A stretch of 64,000 bases of DNA. Origin: Cyanophora paradoxa CCMP329 (lineage: Eukaryota > Plantae > Glaucophyta). The position numbers and the translations under genes were made by a program. The stretch covers positions 1-64,000 of the forward strand of contig QPMI01000701.1 of assembly GCA_004431415.1 (NCBI GenBank). The letters are read 5' to 3'. Below, piece after piece: positions 47,659 through 58,651 of the stretch (position 1 is the first letter of the stretch; the number at the start of each line of letters is the position of its first letter). The notes beneath the pieces are model-generated. The model was not told the DNA's origin and did not search any database. It saw nothing but the letters and a program-made list of their open reading frames with translations.

Positions 47659-49143
47659 TTACGCGAGGGTCTTCTTCTCGCCGTTGACGACGGCGTAGGC
47701 GCCGGTGGGGAAGATGTAGTCCGAGCCGCCGGGGCCGTGGATCTGGATGCCGGTGAAGACGGCGTAGTCGCAGTTCTTGCCCTTGGTCGACTTCTCGATG
47801 TAGCCCTGGAGGTACTCGGCCTGGGCCTCGGCGGCGGCCTGGGTGATCTCGGGGAGGCTCTTCTCGCCGCCGGCGCCGAGCTTGTCGAAGACGAGCTGGG
47901 CGAGGAGCGACTCCTCGAGGTCGCCGAAGTCAACCTCGGGGCGCTTGTCCATCTTGCCGTTCTTGTACCGGCCCTGGATCGCCACCAGCGCGCCGCACGC
48001 GTTGGACGGCGCAGCCCGGCCCACGCGGTTGCACGCCCCGATCGTCCCGTCCTCGCCGATGGCGATGTGCGGCGCCGCAATGAACACTGCGCGAGGCGGC
48101 TCAGCGACGCCGGCGGCTGCGAGGAGGGGCGCGCCAGGGGCACTGCGCACCGTACTTCTCCTTCTTGTCATCGCCGGTCTGGGGGGAGTGCGCCTCCGCC
48201 GCGCCGAACGCCGTCACACCCGCCGAAAGCATGCCGCCCATGCCCGCCAGGCCGGAGAGGTCGAACTGACCAGGGCGGAGAGTCAGCGCACAGTGCAGAG
48301 AGGCGCGGCGAGGGCACAGCGGGGCAGGCTCACCGCGCCGACGGCACCCTGGGCCCACGCGCCCTCGATCTTGCGGAAGAGGGGCTGGCAGAGCTCATCG
48401 CGGCACAGGCAGATGGCGGGGATGACGTTCTGCAGGGGGTAAGGGCCGGAACGGGGCGGGGCGGGGCGAGCGAGGGGCAGGGGCACCTTGCCGTTGAAGC
48501 CGAGGGGGTTCAGCTTCTTCTGGGTCTCCTTGATGAACGCCTCGCCGGTCACCGCGCCGGGGTAGAGCGCCTCGAGCTGCTCAGTGAAGGCCTTGGTCGC
48601 GGTGGCGGCGCTGCGCGGCGGGGCCGATCAGCGGGGAAGGCCGGCGCCAGGGCGGGGCGGGGCGGGGCGCACGCGAAGGCGGGCTTGGTCTTGACGGAGA
48701 GGAGGGCCTGGAGGGAGACGGCGGCCGCGGCGCCCATGACGGTACGGCGGCTGGTGGTCATCTTCTTCTCCTCGGCGACGGGCTGCGCGCGCCGGCCATC
48801 ATTAGCCATCGGTCCAGCAGCGAGGCGACGCGAGGCGAGGCTAGGACCGTCCGCTAGGCTCTAGCAAGGCTACGAGAGCAACGTACGCGCTCGCCTACGT
48901 GCGCGCGCGGTCGGCGGGGCGGCGAACCTTCTCGGCGGAGGCGGAGACCGAGAAGGAGGTGGAGGGGGCGGCGCGGGCGGCCTTCTTGGCGACGGCATCG
49001 CCGAAGAACGCCTTGTTCTGGACGCGCGCGGCGCAGCCGCAGGCCGGGCCATGGCCGCAGGGGGCCTTCACGCAGACGGCCGAGGCGGTGCTGACGGCCT
49101 GGCTGGCGCCGACGACGGGGGCGACGGTGGCGAACGCGTTCAT
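47659..49143 (-). CDS. LCIB/LCIC-family (theta-type) carbonic anhydrase, paralog 2, with bipartite transit peptide + Tat signal
   Basis: MNAFATVAPVV presequence, then SRRTVMGAAAAVSLQALLSVKTKPAFA. Motifs ICLCRDELCQPL, APHIAIGEDG, NACGAL and DYAVFTGIQIHGP. Confidence 0.93.
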
Positions 49144-49714
49144 GGTGCTGGCTGGGAGGGAGGCGGGAGGGCGGCGAACTTACTACACGACTGTCCGCCG
49201 GTTCTTCGCAGCTGCCGGGTCAACCTCGGTCCCCGTTGCGAACTGGCCCGCTGTTATAGGGTTCAAAAAAGTAATAGTGGGAGAAATTTTATTAAAGAAT
49301 GTCATTTCGAGGATGATGGAGCGATAAAGAGCTGCTGGGATAATGATAGTCATGATCACGGGGTGCCTCAAGGGGGCACCCCTACGGATCCCCTACGGCC
49401 ACCTGCACCCGATCGAGCGCGCGCGGCCGTACGCGTTCGCGTACGCGTGTACGTGTCACAGTGTCCCTGCGCGGCCGGCGCGGCAGCCGCGGCTATACGC
49501 GCTAGCTATAGCTGTAGCTTGCGGTGCACGTGCGGCCCATATGGCAAGAGTCCCGACTTCATCGATATCCAAGATTCCCAGATAGACGTTCTCCAGAGGC
49601 CGGAAGCGGTGGGCGGGGTCTCGAGCGAAGTCCTGCTATTCACTGAACCTACACTGTGACAGCTAGTCTAGATCTGCCTGGGTCCTGCGTAAGCTAGCGG
49701 GCGGCGGCGGGGCC

Positions 49715-51650
49715 TCATGTGTCGAACTCGCCGAGGGGCTCCGAGGCTGCCTCGATGGCGACGGTGCCCTCGAGCAGGGGCAGGTCCTCCTCCCCCTCGA
49801 AGTAGTACTCCGCGTACCCCGCCTCCGCCTCCGCCGCCGCCGCCGCCGCCTCCCCGCCCGCCGGAGTAACCGTCTCCGTCGGCGTGGTTTCGGTGGCAGG
49901 GGGGGTCTGGGCCGGAGGGGTAGTTTCGGGGGTGGTCTGGGTGGTGGGAGGGGTGGTGGTCTCGGGAGTCGTCGCGGGAGGGGTCTGGGAGGCGGGAGGG
50001 GCGTCGGAATCGCCGCTGCCGCTAGCGTCGGCGTCGGCCTCGTCGGTGTCGGCGTCGGGGGCGTTGGGGTCGGGGGTGAGGGCGCCGGTGGTGGCGTCGA
50101 AGGTGGATGTGATGTTCTCGTTGACCGCCTGGGGCACCACCTTGATGCCCTTGCCGTCCACGTTGTTCACGTAGCTGCGCGCGCGCGCCCAAGTCGGTCA
50201 GCGCGGGGCCGGGGAGGCGGGGCGGGGCGGGGCGGGGCGGGGCGGGCGTACTTGATGAGGTTGGTGGCGCAGGTGCCGGGGTTGGTGACGGTGGGCGTCT
50301 CGGCGCTGGCCGTCTTCTCGTCGAACTCGAGGCCCTGCACCTGGTACTCCTCCCACGACTTCTTCAGGTCCATCAGGAAGTTGCTCGCCCCCGCGGGGGC
50401 TGGCGGGAAGGCGATGACGGTCGGCACGCCCATCGTGCCCGTGTAGCCGATGTCGTGGAAAAAGGCGCCGGCCTCGGTGCTGCCCTGCTCGTGCACGATG
50501 TTGATGTCGATGCGGGCGATGACGACCTTGTCGGCCGCCGTCTTCTGTAGGTCGCACGCCGCCTTGTCCATCTCGGGGCCGAACATGCGGCAGAACTTGC
50601 AGTTCGCCTCGTCGGTCACCACGACGAGCACCGTCTTGTCCTTGCCAATGAGCTCCCGCGCCTCGGCCCACTTCATGCTCTTCGCGCACTGCTCCCGCTC
50701 GATGATCGCCCCCGCCACGATCCCCGTGTCCGCCGACGTCGCGTCCTTCGCCGTCTCGTCCGCCGTCACCGTGTTGCCCTTCGGCAGCACCACGTTGCCC
50801 TCCGCGTCCACCGTCGGCTCCGCCGCCGTCTGCTCGGCCGGCTGCGTCGTCTGCTCGGCCGGCTGCGTCGTCTGCTCGGCCGGCTGCGTCGTCTGCTCGG
50901 CCGGCGGCGTCGTCTGCTCGGCCGGCGGCGTCGTCTGCTCGGCCGGCGGCGTCGTCTGCTCGGCCGGCGGCGTCTGCTCGTCGGCGAACGCGAGCTCGCC
51001 GTCATCGTCGACCATCGCGACGGCCTCGTCCAGCTGGCTCGCCCCCGACGCCGAGAACTTCTGCGCCCAGCGCACGTCAGGGGGGCGAGTGGGGCGCCGG
51101 GGAAGGGCCCGGGCGCACGCTGCCGAGGCCTGCGACGAAGTTCGTGAACGCGTCCCCCGCGCTGCCGTCAGTAGTGCCTGTGTAGAAGACGTGCGTGCTC
51201 TTCGAGAAGCCGGTCTGGCCCTGCAGGTTCGGCGAGAACGCCACGATGGTCGGAGCCGACTCAATCTTCAGTTCGTTGATAATCTGCGGGCGTGCAGACG
51301 CTCAGCGCGACACGGCGGGTACCGCAGGCGCCCCCGGCAGGGCGCAATCGCACCGCCTGCAGCTCCGCAGCCTCCGCGTCCGTCCGGTCGGCGGTGATGT
51401 CGACAGGCACCTTGTAGAACTTTGTGCTGTCGCTGGCATACGAATTCGCAACACTGTTGTAGACGGGGTCGAAGCTTTGGCACTGCGCATCGGAGTCTTA
51501 GGAGCCGGCTCTTTAGTGGCGCGGCTGTCGAGCAGGACCGAGACGCACGAATCCGCAGTTATCCACGTCGCCAATGTTGGCGATAATGGTATCCTGCGTT
51601 CCGTCGAAGATCTTCGCCTTCAGATCCGCCCACGAGATTGTCTGGGCCAT
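49715..51650 (-). CDS. Protein with two thioredoxin-like domains (CGFC, CKFC) and Thr/Pro-rich linkers; may extend further upstream
   Basis: DNCGF|CQSFDPVY...SAPTIVAF; VVTDEANCKFCRMFGPEMDK..VVIARID..GVPTVIAFP. Confidence 0.75.
50826..50980. repeat. 21-bp coding minisatellite, about 7 copies, encoding PAEQTT(P/Q)
   Basis: cgtctgctcggccggc(g/t)gcgt repeated. Confidence 0.9.
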
Positions 51651-52720
51651 CCTGCCCTTTGTGTGTGACGAGATATAACTGCGACCCCCATCGTGAGCTT
51701 GGGCAACAGTGCAACGCGCGAGCGAGCCGCCCTGCTGGGAAAGTCGGCGGCGAACCTCGCTTCACGGAGACCTCGGAGCCGGAGAAACAGGCGAGGCTGG
51801 AGCGGCTTCTCAGATGACTGGCTTAGTCGCCGCTGGTGTGGACTGGCTCCGAAGCTTCTGCGAGGCCTGCTGGGTCTGCTGGGCGGGTCGAAGGCCGAAC
51901 AGAATGAGCCTCCTTACACGTTTTTCGGCTCCTAGTATGGGCTCCTGGTACTTGCGTACCTACCTCTGTACCCCAGCAGGTGAGTGTTAAGCGGAAACAC
52001 CGCGGAGCTACCGGTATAGCTAGCTATAGCGGCACTTAGCGCTAGGCTCCGCTAGCCCGCGGCCGCGGGCCGCGGACCATATGCGCGTGCATGGCGCGCG
52101 CATCATGGCATGAGTGCATGCGCATATGACTCGTGATGAGCAGGGCCTGCATGCGCATGAGCAGCTGCTGCAGGCGCGGCGGCCGCGGTGGCGTGGCGCG
52201 CGCTCGCGCGTACGCGTGCGACATATGCATGCAGCTGCAGCTGCAGCTCGAGCGCACGGCGCCGCGGCCAGCAGCGCGCTGGCGCAGCTAGCTCTGCAGC
52301 GCTAGCCGGCGCCCTAGCGCGCGCTGCCGGCCGCGCCGCGCCAGCCATGCTATGCACGTGCACGTACGTATACGCGTACGCGTACGCGTACGTAAATACA
52401 CGCGCACGCGCACGCGCACGTATGCAAAGCACCTCGAGCTCGAGCTCGAGCTCGAACTCCAGCTCCAGCGCTGCGAGTACTATATAGCTACTATATATTT
52501 GCTCTAAATTTAGCCGGGCACCCCTTCAGCTTGTTGGGCCCCGGCAATGGGCCGGCATGCGCATCATCATGATATCGATCAGCGGCAGGCTGCAGCCCAG
52601 CATGCCGGCCGCGGGCTCTAGCTCCTTGATCGAGTCGTCCGCTTCCGGCTAAAGATTCAATGGCTGTGGTCATGGGTCGAATGCATGAGAAGATCTCTGA
52701 AATGCGAATGCGAACTAGAC

Positions 52721-52871
52721 TCTGCGTGAAGGCCCCCTGCGGCCACGGCCCGGCCTGCAGCTGCGCCGCGCGCGTCCAGAACAAGGCGTTCTTCGGCGAT
52801 GCCGTCGCCAAGAAGGCCGCCCGCGCCGCCCCCTCCACCTCCTTCTCGGTCTTCGCCTCCGCCGAGAAGGT

Positions 52872-52879
<8 letters not shown>
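52721..52879 (+). pseudogene. Inverted near-identical copy of part of exon 1 (transit peptide) of LCIB paralog 2
   Basis: Reverse complement of 48918-49076 with 4 substitutions by my count. The 5' part (MNAF...) is missing; the splice donor is retained. Confidence 0.9.
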
Positions 52880-52911
<32 letters not shown>

Positions 52912-53077
52912 GTAAACAAGGACTCGATTCTAGTGGGTCGGAAGCGCCTCGCGGCGGCCGCGGGGTCCACGCCGCGCCCAGCGCAGCGCCAGTGCAGTTC
53001 CAGCTGCGAGCGCAGCTGGCTGATCGCGGCCGCCGATCGCGAGGAAGAGGAGAAGCGGGGGGCCGGGGGCCGGCGCC

Positions 53078-54006
53078 TCAGGAGCTCGAGGGGAGCTGGA
53101 GGAGCTGCGTGTCGGCGGGGTCAAGGGCAAGAGCCAGGAGGCGCGCGAGGGCCCCCGGGCCGGGGCCAGCCACGTGGGACCAGCCGCGCCGCAGCCCGCC
53201 CCCTGCGCCCCCTGTCGCCCCCGGATGGAGCGCGACGGCGCGGCCGGGGCGCCGGCGGCCTGCAGGCTCCGCACCGTGGACGGCGACGAGGGCGGCGTGG
53301 CGGCCGTCGCGCAGCCGCAGCAGCGCCGCCCAGCGCTCCCGCAGCGCCTCGCCCACCAGCTCCCCCGCCTCCGCCGACGCCAGAACCTCCTCCACCTCCT
53401 CTGCGCCGTACGCGTCCGAGGTCGCGGCGCGCTCGTGCACGTGCGAGCGTGGCGCGAATTTGTAGCTCGCGCGCGGCGAGACCAACCTGGCCCAAAGCGA
53501 TGCGGCGGGCAGGGCGGGATTGCGACGGGAGCCGCTCCGTACCTGGGGGAGCGTTCGGCGAGCTTCGGAGAGCAAGTACGCGCCAGCTGCAGCCGCAACG
53601 TTAACCGCGGCGAAAGAGAGAGATTGCACCGTCTTACGACATCCGCCCACTCCTGATCCTCGAGCAGTTCGGAGGCGTCAACGACGCAACTAGCCGAGCT
53701 ACCTACGAGGCGCTCCTCTTCCGCTCGGACAACGTACGCTGTCTTCGCGTTCCGTTCCGCGTTTGCCGTGACTGGGAAGCGCTTGGCAAGGATCGCATTC
53801 CAGGCCGAGGCGGCAGCGGCTCTCAAAGTGCGGCAAGCGGCCTCCGCGGCACACAGGGAGCGAGCGTCGAGACGCTCAAGCACTGCGGGTGCGGTCACTC
53901 AGGGGAGCCTGAGCATCGAATTCGCAGCAGCAATGAAGCCGGGTGCACCTAGCCGTAGGAGATCATGCGGAAGGTCGAGGAAGTCCGGCGAAGCGCATTT
54001 TATCAT
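53078..54006 (-). CDS. F-box protein
   Basis: MIKCASPDFLDLPHDLLRL|VLERLDARSLCAAEAACRTLR..W, joined across a GT-AG intron. Confidence 0.7.
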
Positions 54007-54106
54007 CCTCGTTCCGATGCCCGTGCCCCGATGCGCAGCTGCCGCATCACTCGCTGGGGGTAGAGCTCGCCCGAAATCATGGACATACCCCTACACAGAG
54101 GCGAAA

Positions 54107-56365
54107 ATGTTCAGCTGCATCGTTCCCAGGCCGCCTGCGGCGTCGGCGCCGTTGTCGTTGCCGTCAAGCGCAACATGCACGGCGCCGGTGGGCCTCAGAG
54201 TTAGACCGGCCCGCAGCGGAAAACATGGGACGCCGCAGCACAGCCTTAGGTTCATAGCTGGTGCTCCTGTAAGCGCGTCGGCATTGCTCCGCCCGGTCCG
54301 CGCCGTGCGTCGCCCGCCATGCGCCGCGGCGCCGCGGCGTGCAGAACCGGGCCCTATAGCCCAGGCACGCATCGTTTTGGTGCGCGGCGTCCGCGGACGA
54401 GCCGAAGGAAGCGTCTAGCTCCAGCGTGCGTGCCAGATCCCACGTCGTGCCAGGTCTCGTGTCGTGTCCAGGCCGCTCAACCAGGCCCGCACGTGCAGGC
54501 GGCGCCGGCGCGGGCCCCGGCGGCGCCCCCGACACGGTACGGGGCGGGGCGCAAGACACGGTACGATCAGGCGCGGGAGGCGAGCGGGCTCGACTCGGAG
54601 ACGTTCGACCGCTACGAGGACGAGCTGAAAGACCCCGTGCGCGCGCATGCGCCCGGCCCGGGCCCCCGCCCGCCGCGCCGCCGGCCCTCGTGAGTGACCC
54701 GTCTCCTGCGCAGGTCATCTTCATCGAGGTGAGGCGCAGGCCCCGCGCCGGAGCGCGCCAGGAGCGGCGCGCCGCTGAGGGCGGGTTCGGGGGCGGCTCG
54801 GCAGTGGCTGGTCCCGCGGCCCGTGCGGCTGTTCCTGTACGCCGGCATCGGCGGCAACGCCCTCCTCGGCGCGGTGCGCGGCGGCCCACCGCGCCCCGTC
54901 GCTCGGGGGCGGGGCGCGAGGCGGGGGCTGGGGCGGGGCAGTTCATCCAGGGGACGGGGGTGCTGGCGCGCTCGTCGCGGGGCGAGGCGCTGGGGGAGGA
55001 GCTGCTGGCGAACCTGGGGCTGAACCTCGCGGGGGCGGCCGGCATGGCCGCCGCCTTCCTCCTCGACCGCTGGCTCGGCGAGCGCCGCCGCGCCCGCCGC
55101 GCCCGCATCCGCGAGATCCAGGCCCGCCCCCGCCCGCCCCCGCCCCGCCCGCCCCCCGTCTCACCCGCGCCTCCGCAGCGGCTACGAGCCGAGCGGGAGG
55201 GGGCGGGGCCGGCGGTGCGGGCGGCGCGGGCGGAGAAGGAGCGGGCGGGGGCGGCGGTGGTGGGCCCGGGGGGCCGGCGGCGGGGCGGCCAAGCGGGACG
55301 AGGCGGAGCGGATGCTGCGAAGGCTCTCTCGCATGGGGCCGGCGCGCCCTCCCGCCGTCCCCTGCGCCGCCCGCCCCTCCCCGGCTGAGGGGCGGGCAGG
55401 TGCCGATCGTGGGGAGGCGAAGGCGCGCGTGCTGCGGGAGCTCGTCGCGGCGCTGCCCCCGGCGCCCGCGTCGTCGAGGCCCGCACGCGCCCCGCCCGCC
55501 CCTCCCGCGCCCAACTGCGGCGCCGACTGCCCCGGCGGGGCGCGCGCAGGTGGGCACTTTCCTGGGCTACTCGGCGATCTCGATGGCGCAGGCGCTGCCC
55601 CGGGGGCGGAGGTCGTGACCTACGAGAAGGCGGGCGCCCTCGCGCGCCGCGGCGACGGGGGCGGGCTCTGAGGGCGGGGCGGGGGTGCAGGACGTGCGCT
55701 TCGGGCTGCCGGCGATGCGGTTCGTGCAGCAGGCGGGGATGGGCGGGCGCGTGGACGTCAAGCTCGGCGACGCCGTCTCCCGCATCCCCAGCGACGCCGC
55801 CGCCTGGCGCCGCAGGCCCGCGCCCCCCGCCCGCCCGCCCGCGCCCCGCGCCCCGCGCCCCGCGCCCGCGCCCGCGCCCCGGGCGCCGGCCTCTGCTGAG
55901 GGGGCGGCAGCGAGCGGGGGGCGGTGATCGACCTCCTCTTCCTGGACGGGGCCCCCGGGGCGCGCCCCGGCCCTCCCCCGGCCCCGCAGCCCTCCAGCTC
56001 TCACCCCCGGCAGGAGTACGAGGCGTACCTCGAGGCAGCGCGCCCCTACCTCCGCCCGGCCTCGGTGCGCCCCGTCCCGCAGGGGCCGGGGCGCGCGGGG
56101 GCCGGGGTGACGGGGGGCCCCGGGCGGGGGCCGGGGCCAGGTGGTGGTGGCGGACAACACGGGGATCTTCGGGGAGCAGCTGGCCGGCTACCTCGCCGCC
56201 GTCCGCGACCCGCCCGCTTCGCCTCCGAGGTCCCGCCCCGGCCCCCGCCCCCGCCCGCCCCGCGCCTCCGCCTGACGGGGCGGGCGGCCGGGGCAGTCGA
56301 TCGAGGCGCCGCTCGCGAACTACCCCGACACGATCGACGCCATGGAGAAGAGCGTCCTCCTCTAG
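54107..56365 (+). CDS. Plastid-targeted fusion: DUF3493/LPA1-like two-TM domain + COMT/CCoAOMT-type O-methyltransferase
   Basis: MFSC.. presequence; PRPVRLFLYAGIGGNALLGA..LANLGLNLAGAAGMAAAFLLD; IVGEAKARVL, VGTFLGYSAI, DLLFLDG and VVVADN. Probable homopolymer frameshifts (one near 55600). Confidence 0.75.
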
Positions 56366-56851
56366 ATCAAGGACCCCTCCCCTTCCGATTGGTACTGTGT
56401 ACTGTCGACGTCAACTGCCGCTGTGTAGAAGTACGTGTAGCCTAAATTATGGCAAGGCCAAATTGCAACACCTGGATTGGATCGAATTTCTAGGTCATCT
56501 AGATCTAGATCACAAGGGTAGAGCCGTGGCGTCCGTACGGATGGGAGCATGCGCAGCCGGCGCCGTGAAGGCTGAAGTCGATTTCGGAGCTAGTGCACAT
56601 GCCACGGTGAAATCTTAATCGGATCTGCAGCCTGTGCAGGCCCGCCAGCGAAGGCTGCGACGCGCGTGGCGGGCGACGCTTGAGTTTCTCGGACGCGGGA
56701 GGGCGCTGGCGGGAACGATGACGTTGCCATCAGGAACAGCAATTCACAAACCGCTCTGACCTTGCGCGTGGAGCCCGGCTGATGCTCCGCTAGCTTGCTC
56801 CCCCGCTTCCCGCCTCCAGCGGCAGCGCGTCAGCAGCCGGCACGTCCAAGG

Positions 56852-58651
56852 ATGGTCCCATTCGATCTCCAGGCACCGCCCGTCACTTCCGTGGCGCGAA
56901 AGCGGACAGCCGGCGATCTCAGCGATCCCAGCGGCAGCGCGGGGCCCGGGACGCCGGCGAGCGAGGACGGCGCGCTCGGTTCGCTGCTGGAGGGCTTCGC
57001 CCTGCAGGTGGACGCGGCGTCGGCGAGCGTCGATGGCGGCGCCCCGCAGCCGCCGCAGACGTACGAGGAGGCGTGGGCCTACCTCAACAGCGAGGAGCAC
57101 GGTCCGCGCGCCCGCCCCGACGCCCTCGCGCGGCGCGGCGTGCCCCGCCGACGCCCGCGGCAGCGGCTCTTGGCCTGCAGATCTCGGACATCCTCGCCGC
57201 CCTGCCCAAGTGGGCGTCCGAGGCCCGCGCCCGCTCCCTCGGCGCCCGGCGCCAGCGCGCCGCCGACGCTCGGGGCGCAGGTGGCGGCGGAGAGCGTGCT
57301 GGCGAGGCAGCGGCAGCGGCGCAAGAAGAAGAAGCAGCGCGGGCCGAGGCAGCCGCCCGAGGCCGCAGGCGGCGGGGGCGGGGGCGGGGCGCAGGAGGGG
57401 GCGGGGGCGGGGCGCGGGCCGTCGTTGATCTGGCGCACTTCGAGCCGGTGGGGAGGGGCGAGGCGGCGGGCGCGGTGCTGCCACTGCGGGGCGGAGGTTG
57501 CGCTGGAGGGGGGTCGACGTCGGGGGCGGGGCAGCACCTGGCGCGGGCGCACGGCCTCGAGCTCCCCAGCGCCGCCCGCCGCCGCGACGACGACGCCGCC
57601 CTCCTCGCCGCCGCCGCCCTCCGCCGCGCCTCCGCCCCCGCCCCGCCCGCCCCGGCCCCTCCCGCCCGGCCCACGCCCCGCCACCCGCCCTTCGCCGGCT
57701 CCTCCCCCGCCCCCCGCGGGTCCCCTGGGCGACCTGGCGACGCTTGCGCTCGGGCCGGCCCGCCGCCCACTTCTTCCTGCCTCTGCTGCTGTCGCTTTCG
57801 CCCCGCCGCCTTCGCCCGCGACCTCGCCGGCCCGCCCCCGCCCGCCGGCCCGCGGGCGGCAGCGGCGCCCTTGCCCTCGCCCCGTCGGGCCTCCCCTGGG
57901 GGCGCCCCTGGGCCGTGCGCTCTGCAGAGCCGCCGCCGCGCCCGCCGTCTGCGCGCCCGGCGCCCCCGTCGCGGCCGCCACCTCAATCCAATCTCCGGCC
58001 ACGCCAGCCGGAAGCCCGCCTTCGCCGTGCTCCCCGCCGGCGCCGCGCTCGCCGGCGGGGCGCCCTCGCCCGCCTCCCGCCCCGGGGGCGCAGGGTTGGC
58101 CCCCGCCTCTGCCCCCGGCCCTCACGCTTCCTCCAGCGCCCCCTCCTCCGGGGCAGGCCCACCCGCTGCCCTCCCCACAGCGCCCGCCCGCGCCCCGCCC
58201 CGCGCCCGGCGCATCCGGGCCGGCGGGGCCCGCGGCCGCGGGCGGGCCCTCTGGATGGTCGGTGGCGGGGAGGGAAGGGGCGGAGGCGGGGGAGCGGCAG
58301 CGGCGGGCGGCGCGGTCGTTTGTGTGGGGCTACTTCCGGCGGGAGCGGGCGGGGCCGGGGGGCAGGGAGGTCGCCCGCTGCACCCTCTGCCCCGACGCCG
58401 TCCTCTCCTTCTCCGGTGCCGCCCCCCATCCCCCATCCCCCCATCCCCCCCCCCCCCCCCCCCCGGGAGCCGACGTGCAGCCCCGGCAGGGTCGACGTCG
58501 AGCCTCTCCTACCACTCCGCCACCAGCACGGCGTCCAAGGCCCCTCGAGCTCCCGCCCCGCCCCGCCCCCGGCCCCGCCCCCGGCCCCGCCAGCGCCCCC
58601 AGCTTCAGCCCCGGCCCCCGTTACCGCCCCCGTCCTCGCCCTGTCATTTAG
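56852..58651 (+). CDS. Protein with two BED zinc fingers; frameshifts in the assembly
   Basis: SLIW.HF..ARCCHCG..GSTSG..QHLARAH and RSFVWGYF..ARCTLCPD..SG|STSSLSYH..H. Confidence 0.65.
   Translation: MVPFDLQAPPVTSVARKRTAGDLSDPSGSAGPGTPASEDGALGSLLEGFALQVDAASASVDGGAPQPPQTYEEAWAYLNSEEHGPRARPDALARRGVPRRRPRQRLLACRSRTSSPPCPSGRPRPAPAPSAPGASAPPTLGAQVAAESVLARQRQRRKKKKQRGPRQPPEAAGGGGGGGAQEGAGAGRGPSLIWRTSSRWGGARRRARCCHCGAEVALEGGRRRGRGSTWRGRTASSSPAPPAAATTTPPSSPPPPSAAPPPPPRPPRPLPPGPRPATRPSPAPPPPPAGPLGDLATLALGPARRPLLPASAAVAFAPPPSPATSPARPRPPARGRQRRPCPRPVGPPLGAPLGRALCRAAAAPAVCAPGAPVAAATSIQSPATPAGSPPSPCSPPAPRSPAGRPRPPPAPGAQGWPPPLPPALTLPPAPPPPGQAHPLPSPQRPPAPRPAPGASGPAGPAAAGGPSGWSVAGREGAEAGERQRRAARSFVWGYFRRERAGPGGREVARCTLCPDAVLSFSGAAPHPPSPHPPPPPPPGADVQPRQGRRRASPTTPPPARRPRPLELPPRPAPGPAPGPASAPSFSPGPRYRPRPRPVI

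Noticed and set aside
55590-55620. Programmed frameshifts or pseudogenes (also the murG end, BED gene and DnaJ)
   Set aside because: The shifts fall in G/C homopolymers and are best explained as sequencing or assembly indels.
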